Assembly: GCA_020184695.1 (NCBI GenBank)
Contig: JAANOX010000054.1
Coordinates: 1-51,160 of the forward strand
From: Histomonas meleagridis 2922-C6/04-290x
Taxonomy: Eukaryota; Protista; Parabasalia
DNA: 51,160 nt
Reading direction: 5' to 3'
The position numbers were made by a program, and so were the translations under genes. Below are positions 33,270-45,900 of this stretch, piece after piece. Below the pieces are notes generated by a model. It worked only from the letters and a program-made list of their open reading frames with translations. It had not been told where the DNA came from and did not search any database. Each line of letters begins with the position of its first letter. The stretch's first letter is position 1.

Positions 33270-34375
33270 AAAAATTTCCACCCTCAGAACATACACATAC
33301 TGAGTATGCTTTAAAAGATCATAATAATCATGATACAAAATATGCTGCAACAAATCATACACATAGTTATAATGATTTAACAGATATTCCTCCAGTAGAA
33401 TCACACATGCATAGTTGGGGTGATTTATATGGCATACCTGATGCATTTGTTCCTGTAGAACATTATCATGATACTAGATATGCATTGATTGATCATACAC
33501 ATACAGAATTTAATAATGATATAACTATTAATGGAAAAATTAACAATTACTATATTAACAATAATATTGGTGGCACTTCTAATGTTAATATGAGTTTACC
33601 TTGTATTGCTATAATAAAAACAGATGGTGTGATGGAAATTGGAGATTGTATTTATTTTCATAATAAAAATGATGATGATAGTGATTATAGTTGGAGAATT
33701 AGAACTTCTGAAAATACTATGTATTTTGGTAAAATTAATAATAATGATGGTAATATCAGTTTTAATGGTAATAATGGTAATATAAATTGTAATTCCATTA
33801 ACTACATCAATGTAAGTTTTTTTTCATTAAACGGTCATACTCATAGTTATAATGATTTGACTGATAAACCATTCAATACATTTGAAGTAACTGGAGGTCT
33901 TACACAATTAAATACAACTATTATACATAATGCTCCTGTTACAGAAGATTTAACACAATTTCAAATTGGTTCACCAGTATTTTTAACAGGTAATGTTTAT
34001 GCTTTAACCAATGAAGGTAAATATGTTACAAATACTTCATCAACTGATTGTATTCCATCAGTTAAAACTACAAGTACATATAAAGAATATTTAGGTATTT
34101 GTGTATCTAAACATGAAACTGGATATAAAGCTTCAATAGGTAATGTTATTAGAAGAGAAGTAGAAATTTTACAAGATACTATTGATTTTGCAACACATGG
34201 AGATTTTTATTTTAGAGTAAATAATACTGCAGATTATGAAATAGGTGATGTAGTATTATTTGATGGTAATAAATTATCAAATGATTTAGTAATAATCACA
34301 AAAATATTAAATTCAATAGTTGGTAAAGTAACAGGTAACATAGATGAACATTTATTAAGTATATTTAAAGAATAA
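33270..34375 (+). CDS. Phage tail-fibre-like virion protein, 5'-truncated
   Basis: Repeated HxH motifs (SEHTHTEY, NHTHSYNDLTD, SHMHSWGDL, HYHDTRY, GHTHSYNDLTDKP) and a GVMEIGDCIYFH..DYSWRI motif of phage fibre type. The open frame 33407-34375 is intact. Confidence 0.65.
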
Positions 34376-34828
34376 AAAAAAATATTTTATTTCATTTTAT
34401 TTTTTTATATGGATCCAGTTTATAAAAGAAAGAGAGAAATGCAATATTTATTCGAAACACTAGTTAGAAATGAATTAAATAATCAAAATTCACAATCAAA
34501 AGGTAATTTGAGTCTACAAAATTTTATTAATTTTCTTAATTAAAAATATAATAGGGAGATTAAATTTACACCTGAATTTAATACTGGTACAAAGCCATTA
34601 GTCGAAACATACAACAATTTAGTTAATTAATATTATATAGATGTCAACTTATAGAGAATAACAGATAATCAATATAAAAATAATCATTTAAACAATTATG
34701 AAAAATTTAAATATAATTTTAATAAAATTTTTATCGAAAATGAAAAAATTACACCTATTAATGGAAAAATTGGAGGAAAAACAATCCCAGAGCATTATGA
34801 ATATAATATTAGAAAGATTATCAAAAAA

Positions 34829-36028
34829 TTGAATGAGATGTTTGCACACGAAGTTTTTGAAGCTGAAAAAAAGCCTATCAAATTTAATGAATATTGTGAA
34901 AAATTAAGGAAATATTTATATGGTATTGAAATAATTGATAATAAAATTGGGAACGTATTTACATTTGATTATACATATAGCAATTATTTGTTACAATATT
35001 TTAGTAAATTTTCTTATGACAATATATATAGTAATTATAATATATATGAAGATTCTAAGAATTCACCTTATATTAACACAGGTTTTAAATCTCGTTCGAA
35101 AAACAAATATTTATTTGATAACTATTTATTTCCATATCATATTGATTATTCAAAATTAGATCCACAATTTAAACCTAATATAAATTATTTTCCTTATAAA
35201 AGAAATAAAAAATATCAATTAAAATATATTGGTAATAATGGTGAATATCAAATGGATTTATTTTTTTCTGGTTATGATGAAACCACTAAAACAGAAACAA
35301 AATATTGTTATTTATTAGCAGTTGAAATTAGGTCTAGATTTTTATTTTATGCCTATACTAATACAAAAATAAATGATAAAATAACTACAAAGAAATCAAT
35401 AGAATTTATAGCTAAAGCTTTATTTATATTATATAATGCAGGATTTAATCCTAAAATTATACATTGTGATTCTGAAAGGACATTTTTATCGAAACCTTTA
35501 CAATATATAGCAGCACATTTATCTGGTGTAAAAATAATTCCAGTAAAAAGAATAATTTTAGAAGATAAATCTTATCCTATTCATACTTCTTTAGCTATAA
35601 TCAATAGAATTTGTAGAACTATTAGAGATATGGCTGATAATATAAGTTTAAAAGAAATAGATCCATATCATATGAAGAAAATTGTTAATAATTATAATAA
35701 TACTTATCATAAAACATTAAGTCAATTAAATCACAAAAAAATTTCACCAATAGAAGCTTTTAATCAAAGAAAATCTTTTGGTTTAGAATTACATAAATTA
35801 AATGATAAAATTATAAATCAAGAAGGATTTTATTTACCTCCTGGTACAACAGTAACAGTTTATAACACAGATCAACTAAAAAAGAGATCAAAAATATTAT
35901 CAGATATTTTTATAGTAGATAATTTCGAAAAAGGTAAATATAATATTTATAATGAAAAAGGTATAAAAATGTCAGTACCAAGATATTTATTAAATCCTGT
36001 GCCTTATCCTATTAATCTTAATAAATAA
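34829..36028 (+). CDS. Retroviral-type (rve) integrase of a Maverick/Polinton
   Basis: EYQMDLF (D1), CYLLAVEIRSRF, IHCDSE (D2), AIINRICRTIR (third acidic position is N), YNNTYHKTL, and a C-terminal SH3-like segment. Confidence 0.85.
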   Translation: MNEMFAHEVFEAEKKPIKFNEYCEKLRKYLYGIEIIDNKIGNVFTFDYTYSNYLLQYFSKFSYDNIYSNYNIYEDSKNSPYINTGFKSRSKNKYLFDNYLFPYHIDYSKLDPQFKPNINYFPYKRNKKYQLKYIGNNGEYQMDLFFSGYDETTKTETKYCYLLAVEIRSRFLFYAYTNTKINDKITTKKSIEFIAKALFILYNAGFNPKIIHCDSERTFLSKPLQYIAAHLSGVKIIPVKRIILEDKSYPIHTSLAIINRICRTIRDMADNISLKEIDPYHMKKIVNNYNNTYHKTLSQLNHKKISPIEAFNQRKSFGLELHKLNDKIINQEGFYLPPGTTVTVYNTDQLKKRSKILSDIFIVDNFEKGKYNIYNEKGIKMSVPRYLLNPVPYPINLNK

Positions 36029-36539
36029 ATACTTTTTCTAATGATATATTAAATTCATCCATTAATGTGTTATATTCTTTATTATATTGAGAACTAAAAT
36101 CATAACCATTAATCTTAATTGAGTTAACTTTTTTAATTGGATTTACATGTTTTAAACATCCAGGTTCAGGATCTTCATAACTTAATCTAACTTGATTAAT
36201 ATCAATTTCTAAAATTAAACTTATAGCTTGTACTAAATCATTAGCATTAATAATAATTTTTTCATTATTATCAATTAAATTTGCTATTAATTTCATATTA
36301 TTCGTTTTTAATATCGCACTAAATGTTAAAGCTATATGTTTATATAAAGCACTAGCATTATCAGTATTAAGTTCAGTTTCTCTTGTAATTATTTTTGATG
36401 TTTCTTCATTAACTTCAAGATAATGTGCTGATGTTTCACTATTGTTATTATTAATAATAACTTTACAATTAGCACTAGAACTATTATGTTCAGTATTATT
36501 CTTCCCTACATGGGGTGAGAAATCACATATTTCAATCAT
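36018..36539 (-). CDS. Hypothetical Maverick protein (173 aa)
   Basis: Intact ORF convergent with and overlapping the integrase stop; no recognised domain. Confidence 0.55.
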   Translation of the reverse strand: MIEICDFSPHVGKNNTEHNSSSANCKVIINNNNSETSAHYLEVNEETSKIITRETELNTDNASALYKHIALTFSAILKTNNMKLIANLIDNNEKIIINANDLVQAISLILEIDINQVRLSYEDPEPGCLKHVNPIKKVNSIKINGYDFSSQYNKEYNTLMDEFNISLEKVFIY

Positions 36540-36567
36540 AAAAAAAAATGATTTTAATTTTTTTTAT

Positions 36568-37684
36568 TTAATTATTAACTTCGTATCCAGTAGCTTCTTG
36601 TATATAAGCACCGATAGCATCTTTGATAGCACCTTGTTCACCATTCTTATTTTCTATCATTTCAGTAACAGCTTTTTTACAAGCACTGATATAATAATTT
36701 TCACCAGTTTCTTCCATAACAAACTTATTAGCTTCAACAAATTTATCTTGTAATTCATAAGGTTCTATTAAATTCTTAACTCTAGGAATAACAAATTTTC
36801 TATACAATACTGCTGACACAGTAAGTATAGGACACAATGACTTTGCTCTTTTCGTATTTGCTACACCTCTAGTTTGTTCCATATTTGACATAAGTTCACG
36901 ATAAAGTGGCTTAATAATATAACTAGTAAATACTTGATTTGCTGTTCTCCTTCTTGGTTTATGTGTTTTATAAATATTCATAACACCTGTATCACCATAA
37001 TATTTCTTATTTAACTCATTAACCTTTTGTATAAATGGTATATAATCCTCATATGGAGTAACTGTTGGATCATCAAATGGTTTCTTATTATTAAATTCAA
37101 CCTTTCTAACTTTATTTTGTAAGAAATCTTGAAAAGTTGGAACATATTCATTGTTAGCTCTCCTTTCTCTCCTTTTAGCAGGTGAGCCATATGTATTTTG
37201 TAAATGACTAATATATTCTCTTTCATAAGGATCTTGTGTTTTAACTGTCCAACCATTAACGATTTTAGCTCTCCTATGTTGATCTCTAACTATAATATCT
37301 GGAATTCCATCGTTATTAATATCTTGTTCTATAGCTGCCCAATGATATTTTTTTTTTACCCTTATTATGTTTTGCAACTAATTCTTCAGCACCTTTCAGA
37401 GTTTGTGCTTCTCTAATATTTTTAACATCTTTATTTAAATCAAGAATAAGATGAGCTAAAGTTTCCATATTTGGATCTAATAATACTCGATTTCCACCAA
37501 CATATCTATAATTTTTAGGATTATCCTCAAAATGATACATTTCACCATCAGGTGTTATTAAAGGTTTACGTTCTTGTTTAACAGGCATAAGATAACGTGG
37601 TGGTAAATTTTCAGGATTCCTTTTAATAGTGTAATTTCTTTCAGTGTCAGTTAATATCCCTATCTTATCTACATTCGACTTCAC
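36568..37684 (-). pseudogene. Maverick protein with a DxNxDG calcium-binding-like motif; frameshift in a homopolymer, chimeric 5' end
   Basis: ORFs 37316-37684 and 36568-37377 join across a T-run near 37345; motif QDINNDGIPDIIV. Confidence 0.55.
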
Positions 37685-37984
37685 AAAACATATTGCGTGA
37701 TATACATAATGATGTAAATATTACCCAAATGGGTGATATTTGCAAAAACCCAGAATTTCCCAAAATTAATTATGGGTAAGCAGTTATTTCTCTCAATTTT
37801 CTGAGACCTTCCTTTTTTTCCAATTCAAATAAATGCCTTAACCCCCTCATGTTATTGTTTTAATTCAATATTACAAAATTAACCCCACTTTTGATACTAA
37901 ATTACTTGATCCTGCCCTTCACGAAATCAGATCTTTCAAATAGTTAAATGATAACTTAAGCCATCCGATCTGGGATATCGTCTT

Positions 37985-38046
37985 TTCAAAAAGTTGGACG
38001 ATAACCCAACTGTATCGTTTTTTGTGTTATCGTTCAACTTTTTGAA
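37985..38046. repeat. 21-bp inverted repeat with one mismatch
   Basis: TTCAAAAAGTTGGACGATAAC ... GTTATCGTTCAACTTTTTGAA. Confidence 0.8.
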
Positions 38047-38155
38047 TCTATCGTTACCCATAACCCAAGGGTTGGGATATTTTGACTGCAAATTAATCGT
38101 GAATGTTGTGAAAATTCACAGAAAACCTCTTGGGTAACGATTTCTGAAATCACAA

Positions 38156-38410
38156 TTAAATAACATCATTTGCTTCCATACCTACTGATTTAAATATAGG
38201 AGCTATTCTATCACCTACTTCAAATATTTTATCTTCAGGTAATTTCTTTAAAGGTCCTATCTTTTTGATATCTTCTTTATGTTGTTTTGCGAATTCATAA
38301 CATTTCGCAATATGTGGACTAATTTTTGCGAATCCTTCTTTCATTTTTTTAAGTAAAGGTCCTATTTTCTTTATACCTGATTTAAATTTATTCCACAAAC
38401 CCCACGCCAT
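38156..38410 (-). CDS. Second pVI-like amphipathic protein
   Basis: MAWGLWNKFKSGIKKIG; same start and promoter as 19309-19578 but unrelated C-terminal two thirds. Confidence 0.6.
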   Translation of the reverse strand: MAWGLWNKFKSGIKKIGPLLKKMKEGFAKISPHIAKCYEFAKQHKEDIKKIGPLKKLPEDKIFEVGDRIAPIFKSVGMEANDVI

Positions 38411-38444
38411 TAAAAATTATGAAAAATATTTTTCATTTTTATTA

Positions 38445-40068
38445 ATGTATTATAATAATACGCAATCTAAAAATGAAAAAGATGATCAAGGTAATGTGGG
38501 AGCTTATTTTGATCGTCTTAAAGATTTAATTGCTAAAAAAATGATGGTTCTCGCTTATTTATTTTAAGAACTGAAGATTGTCATGATCAAAATGCACCAT
38601 TTAATCAATCACAAGAAACTAGATTAAGAATAACTCATGTTGAACATATGAATTCACAAATAACTGAAGGATTGATTAATTCGAAAATTAGAATAACTAT
38701 ACAATTATCAAAAGCTATTAATTCTAGCAATTTACAAGATCCTGAGAATTTAGTTAAAATATTTATAGGTTTTAAGAGTTCTAATCAATTATTAGATCAA
38801 TGAGAAGTTATGTCTAATAATACTTCTACTGGTTATCAACAAATTCAATGTTGTCGTGTAGGTTATTGTTATTCAAGAATTAAACCCTATGCTGAAAAAG
38901 AAAAACTAGAAAAATATACACATTCTTTGAAAATGTTTCAGAATATTCTCAATCTGTTTGTGGTACTTATGTTGATTTAAATACAATTGCAGATGGAAAT
39001 AAACATGATATCGAATTTGAAATGAATCTTCCATTTGAAGATATATTAGCTTTACAAGCATTTGATTTATATCCGAATAGATTAGTTGGTGATATTGAAT
39101 TAAAGTTTTATGTTAAACAAAATGGTTTAGTATGGTGTCAAGTAGATCCACGTAAAATTAAAGAAGTGAAAGAATTTTTAGAAGATTCTTCTATTAATGC
39201 TACATTTAATAATTTACCTTTATTTACTCATGGTTTTACTCAAATAGGTAATTCTGCTTATATAACTACTACATTTAAATGTGATACTGAAACTAATCAT
39301 ACTATTGATACTGCAACTGAGAATGTTTCTTTATATTGTACAGGTTTAACTGTACTTTCATGTAAATCTAATATGTTTGGATTTGGAGTTAAAGAAGAAA
39401 CTTTAAATCAAATAGCTCAAATACTTCAACAACCTGGAGGTTTATTAATTCCTTCACAACAATTAGATTATAATGCATTTGCTTTAGCTGCTACTGAATC
39501 TGGTATACAGTCTACTATTAATATGCCTTTATTTAATGTTACAACTATTACAGTTGTATTTCCAAAACATGCTAATGATTATACTTGTTTTGATAATCCT
39601 ATTTATAATAATGTACAATTAACTATTGCAGGGCAAAATTATCCCGATGAACCTATTTCTACTTTAGGTGCAAGATTTTTACAATATCAATTAGTTGCTT
39701 CTGATTTAGATGATAGTATACAATGTACTAAAGAATTTGAAGATTCTTTAACTATGGATAGAAATGCTTCTAATGGTACAAGATATAATAACACATTAAG
39801 TGATGCTACCTCATCTATGCTTAATATACAATGTGAACGCTCACGTGGTGGTTACGTATTTGATGGCTTAGATTCTAATGGACAAAATATCCCGATACAA
39901 ATTAAGGGGCAGCCTATATATACACTAGCTAATGATACTTATTATAATGTAGATGATGCTGGAAATCATCCACCTGCACCACAATTATTTATATGTCGTT
40001 ATACTTATTTCACATTAGATTTACACAACGGTTTGAAATATTCCAGGGGTACCCCTGATAATTATTAA
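38445..40068 (+). pseudogene. Probable major capsid protein, copy 3, frameshifted
   Basis: Near-identical to copy 2; frameshifts near 38540 and 38930; TGA at 38801-38803; the 3' 348 codons are open. Confidence 0.7.
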
Positions 40069-40344
40069 ATAAACATTTATATTAATAAAATATTATCAAA
40101 TTTTGACTAAAAGCTCTATGGCAAACTTATTCGATATAATTTAATCCTTAGAATATTATCAAATATCGACTTAAACATTTCTCACAGAATATTTTGATAT
40201 AATGTTAAACAGTTATTATTTCACTTCATTTTATAAATGTAGACTGTCTACAAATCGAACCCAAAAATAAAACATGTCAGTCATAAATTAACAAATTCAC
40301 GAATTATAGAAGAAGAAATATATTATAATTCAATTTATTATGAT

Positions 40345-41560
40345 ATGAAACATCCAAATAATTTATATGACATACAACTTTCTAATATATTATTCGAAAA
40401 AGAATTTAATTTTGTTATCAAGAATACTGATTATTCCGATATTTTGAACCTCATAGATAATCGTATTTATTATCCACAAAGTAAAATTCGTGATATATTA
40501 ATATTAAATTTCCAAATTAATTTAAATCAATTTTTAACAGACTATTATCACAAATTATTTCAACAAAAATTAATATTATACAGATAAAGGTATGCATTTT
40601 ATAGAGGAATTTTCTAAACAAATATTTTCAGATTTTCTAAAACGTTATTTAACATTATTAATATTTTTAGCTAATAAAGTTATTATTCATTTTAATGATA
40701 AAGATGGCCAGATTTATCAAATCTAGCAGAAAATCGTAAAGGAATATTAAGAAAAGATTTTCCTGAAGTTTATTTTAAATTAACTATAATCCCCACACCT
40801 ATAACTATTGGTTTATATAATAAAATTATAAATGAGAAATACAAAAGTATAAATGAACATTTCCAAAAAAAGAGGCAAAGAAAAAAAATTAAAATAGAAA
40901 AGGTAAAAACAAAAGAAACGTCAAACGCCAAATATAATATTATAACATACAACAAAGAACAAGTAACTTATACTAAAGAAGATTATATTTATGAATTACA
41001 AGATGCTTATGAACATACAGTTTATATTGGTTTTACTTCGTATGAAAAGACGTTAAAAGAATTTTTATTTGATGAAAAAAAAGATAATATTAAACACGAA
41101 GAAATATTTGAATTAAGTTACGATATTCATTATTTTGTAAAAGATGAGGAAGGTAAAGATGTTTAATAAGAGAGAACAGTAGAATATGATTGTCAAGACT
41201 TCCTCGATCATAACAAACATAAAATTAAAAAATCGCAAAGGTTACCATTTGCAGATTCTAGAAACAATTATCCTTTTAATATATTCGATATTTTTAATTC
41301 CATAACTACCGATTGGAGAATCGCTTTATTTAATATTAATTGTTTTATTAAAGAGTATACTTATAATGACGAAAATTATTTACATATGTTATTTGAAGAT
41401 TGGTTCAGTTATTATTTTTCTCATATGAAAAATATTCCAGAAATTAAAGCAATATTATTTGCTGATAAAATTGGTGATGTTCCTGAAGAAGTAGATATTA
41501 CAGAAGAATTTAATCACCTTTTTCTTGAAGAAAAATATTTATTCATACATATACTTAAAA
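40345..41560 (+). pseudogene. Degraded Maverick ORF
   Basis: Codon-like but repeatedly broken frames between the capsid gene and the mariner; no recognised domain. Confidence 0.3.
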
Positions 41561-41564
41561 TATA

Positions 41565-42840
41565 GGGTGGTCAAAAAGTTCGTTCGCCAGCTCTTTTATT
41601 TATACATACTTATGCGATCGAATGTAATAACATAAATATGGATCTTATATAGTGTATAGGATATTTTTTTATTTGAATGTTTTTTGTTTCATTCAATGTA
41701 TATATAATTATGCGCTTTAAAAAATTTTATTGTACGTTAAAAATGTACGTTAAGAATCAAATGCTAAACAGTATGGTAGAAATTCGTGCCATAATTCATT
41801 ATTTATGGCTAAAAGGCAATGACAACAAAAGCATACATCAAGAAGTAATCGACACATATGGTCCTAAAGCGATAACTCTCAAAGAGAACAGTTCAGAAGA
41901 GAACAAAAGAATTCAAAGAAGAAAGAAATACGTTAAACGATCTTCCAAGAAGTGGTAGACCTCAAAAACTAGATTTAATACCTATTATTCAAAATTATTT
42001 GTTGCACAATCCATACGCAAGAACTCGCAAGATTGCTAAAGACATCGGGGAAAACAAAAATACTGTCAAAAAGGTTTTGATCAAGCATTTATCAATGAAA
42101 GAGGTCAATTTTAAATGGGTGCCATATGCTCTTACCGAACAAATGAAAGCAAAAAGAGTTGAAATTGCCAGCATCTTACTGGAATTCCTTACAAATGCAT
42201 CGGAAAGGAAGCTTGCAAAAATATTCACTCAAGATGAAACATGGATCTACTTTAAGAATGGAAGAAATTCAATGTGGATTGAAGCCGGTGCACAAATACC
42301 AACAAAACCAAGGCAAACAATTGGGTCGAAAAAAGCGATGATATCAGTAATATGGGGAATCAATGAAATAAAATCAATCACCATGCTTCCTCAAAACAGT
42401 AAGTTCAACAAAAAGTTTTTTTCCAATTGTGTGCTCGAAGATTTGAACAAAAAAATTCAGACAAAAGGGACAAACCTACACATGGACAACGCAAAACCGC
42501 ACAATGTACCAGAAAAATTAAGAGAATTAAAAATTAAAAGACTTGATCATCCCCCTTATTCACCGGATATAGCTACTTCTGACTTCTTTCTATTCGGCTA
42601 CCTTAAGAAATTATTAGAGGGAATGGAATTCAGCAACGAGAATGAGCTTTTTGACAAAGTCCAAGAAATATTAACTCTAATACCAAAATCAATATTTAAA
42701 AATGCATACAATGAATGAATGAATAGGCTCTTTGCAGTAATCGAGACACATGGAGAATACATTAATTAATAAACAACTTTGAGAAAAAAAATTTATGGAT
42801 TGACTGAAAAAAATTAGACGAACGAACTTTTTGACCACCC
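41565..42840 (+). mobile_element. Mariner element nested in Maverick B
   Basis: Perfect 22-bp TIRs GGGTGGTCAAAAAGTTCGTTCG with TA on both sides; 1276 bp. Transposase with KWVPY, TQDETW, HMDNAKPH and HPPYSPDIATSD; frameshifts and a TGA at the expected W. Confidence 0.93.
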
Positions 42841-42973
42841 TATATTTTTATTTTTATATCCTAAATTATTTCTTACTGCAGCAACCCCTATCAAAATAGA
42901 AATATTCAAAATTGATAAAGATCTATATTTCGATCCAAATAATAATAAAATACAAATTAAACGACCTTCAACA

Positions 42974-45900
42974 ATGCCTAAAATAATAATTACTAGAAAT
43001 ATATATACAAAAATACAATATAATTTAAAATTTGTATTATATAACACGAATGATAAAGATTATTTTATTCAAAATTTATTATTAAATACTATTTATACAA
43101 ATTATATAGAAATTATTCCAGAATTTAGTCCTCAATTATTAGAAGGTTATAATGAAAGATATTTTATGATTAATATTGAAAATTATAATATTCAAAGTTT
43201 ATTTGATATGAATAAAGAATATTTAGAAAATGATAAAGAAAATAACAAATGGCTACCAAAAAATATTCCAGAACATTTAAAATTAATATTTAATGGTATA
43301 TCTATGTCATGGGAAAATGCCATTTTCTTTATTAATTTCTTTAAAAATTTAATTCAAGATGACAAAAATAAATTAATATTATTATATCAATATTGGGTCC
43401 AATTCTTTACAGAAGAATTAAATTCACCAGAGAAACTTAATAATCTATATCATTCTCATTCAAAATTTGATGTAACTACAGTATTTTATAGATTATTAAA
43501 TATATTTTTAACTATTAGACATTTATTTGAATTACATCAAGGACCAGAAAAAAAATATTTTAATAAAATATTCCTAATTAATAAGGAAGTTAAATTAACC
43601 TTTGGTAATAAACCCATTGATACTTGGGAAAATATCCCTAATTTAATTGTAAGTTCTTCAATAGAAGAAAATAAAGGAGGGGATAAATTAGAAGAGGAAG
43701 AAAAAGATCAACAAGGTAGTGTCTTCGATCAATATCCTACATTATTAGAATTAGATGATATTGATTCTTTTATTACTCGTGTCTCTGAAACACCCACTCC
43801 TCCACAATCAATAAAATACGAAGACACTGAAACACAAATAGACTTTCCATCACGCTATACCGATATTGGTATAGATCCTCTTCCTCAAAGATATAATGAC
43901 GTGGGTGTTGACACTGAAATATATATCCCCCCTCCTCAACCACAAAGAAGACCATTACAACAATCACAACCTGTTGTAAATGAGTCACAAGATATACCAC
44001 CCTCACAACCATCACCACCACCACCTCCACCTCAACCACGACAACCACGTCAACCTAGAAATCGGTATACAGTACCGAATCGTATGCCACCTAATCCCCC
44101 AATACCACCGCCTAGAGGCCAGCCACCCCAACATCCAACTTATACTATTAGACCTCAGGATTTTCATAATAATTTTATTAATTTAAGACATTTTCTTAAT
44201 AATAATCCTGATAATTTTACAATATTTTTCCAGGGGTTTGGTAATATAGATAGGCGAGCATTTTATAATATAATATTAGAACATATTCATAATCATATAG
44301 GTGGGATTAGGATTGGTATACATTATTTTATAAATTATCTACGTGAAGGTGGGGTTTGGTCCCAAAAACCATTATTAACTAATGTTTATCAAGATATGAT
44401 AAATACATTAGCTAATGGACAAGACATCACCCCCGATTATACTAATATTATAGAATTCGAGGGGTCAGATGAAGATAAAGCATGGATACCTTATTGGATC
44501 CATTTAGAGGGGTTTGGTATCGAAAGAGCAGCGACTGTAGCACAAAATGGTGCCCAATTCTTCCCTTATTTGGTATCGGAAAACATCCCCTTCTATGTTA
44601 AAACTTATTTGCGACGTTTGCAAATATTCGATACCTTATTAAATGAAAGTGGTAAACAAAGGGAAGAATTAAATGACTGCTGTTTCATATATGCCTTAAA
44701 GCAGTCGGGCATTCCAGACGAAGTACTTGATAAAATACGTTGTCGTATTTTAGTTAAGTATCAAGTCGCATCGAAGTTAGACTTCGTTTGTAAAGAGCAT
44801 TCCATTTATGCCCAAATTCATAAAGTTTATAAATCCATCGATGAAGATGGCAAAATTAGAATTAGACCTATTGTTTATCAAAAACAAGGTCAAGCATTTA
44901 ATTATGTTGGGTGTAAACAAGAGAATGCTCTTTACAAAATTCATTTATATTTATTCGAAGATCATTATTTCATTAAAGAAAAAACACCCTTTACGGGTAA
45001 TTATATTCAATATTTTGATCAGCCAGATAAATTAAATTCCAGAGAAACAAAGAAGATTGATTCATTACAATTAATTTTATTATTATTCCAAAAAGATTTA
45101 TTTATTCCAATTACTTATTCTTATTTTCCATTATTGAAGACGCATTTTTCAGATCAAGTTTACAACGGTATGAATTATTCGTTAGATTATAATCCAGGTA
45201 CTTGTGTCCGGAGATTTATTTCAAAAAAGAAGAAAGAACGTCCAATTATTACTGATTTAATATATTATGCAGATTTTGAAACAGATATCACTGGTGACAT
45301 TCATTTACCTTATTTATGTATCGTTCAAAAGTACGATGCCAGTGATGAACAAATATTCAAAGGCCCTGATTGTGGATTTAAATTATTAAATTATTTACCA
45401 AATAATTCTACTTGTTACTTCCATAATTTAGCTTATGATTCTAAGTTTATTGCTAAATTTGGTATAATAAAATCCACAATTAAGGGTACAAAAGTATTAT
45501 CAATGGACGTTAAATTCAATGATAAATTAATTTACTTCAGAGACACATTACCTATTCTTACCTGCAAACTCAAATTATTACCTTCAATGTTTGGTATTGA
45601 AGGAATCAAAAAAGAATTATTCCCCTACCGTTATTACACATTAGACCGTTTACAATCAGGAGTAGGGGTTATCGATGAAGCAGGTATTTATGAAGACAAA
45701 CCTTGGGATGAAAACAAATATGTTGAATTCTTTACGAATATCAATAACATCCCTAATTGTCGCATAGATGAAGCCACTTTTAACATGTGGGAATATGCGA
45801 TATTTTATTGTCGTCAAGACGTTACTATATTACGGGAAGGGTTTAACAGATTCTGCATTGGTTTTTCAACAATCATTTAATATTTCACCTTTTAATTATT

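Noticed and set aside
43773-44186. Val-rich and His-rich ORFs overlapping polB (also similar shadow ORFs over the capsid, mariner and pogo genes)
   Set aside because: Alternate-frame shadows of the proline-rich or main coding sequence.
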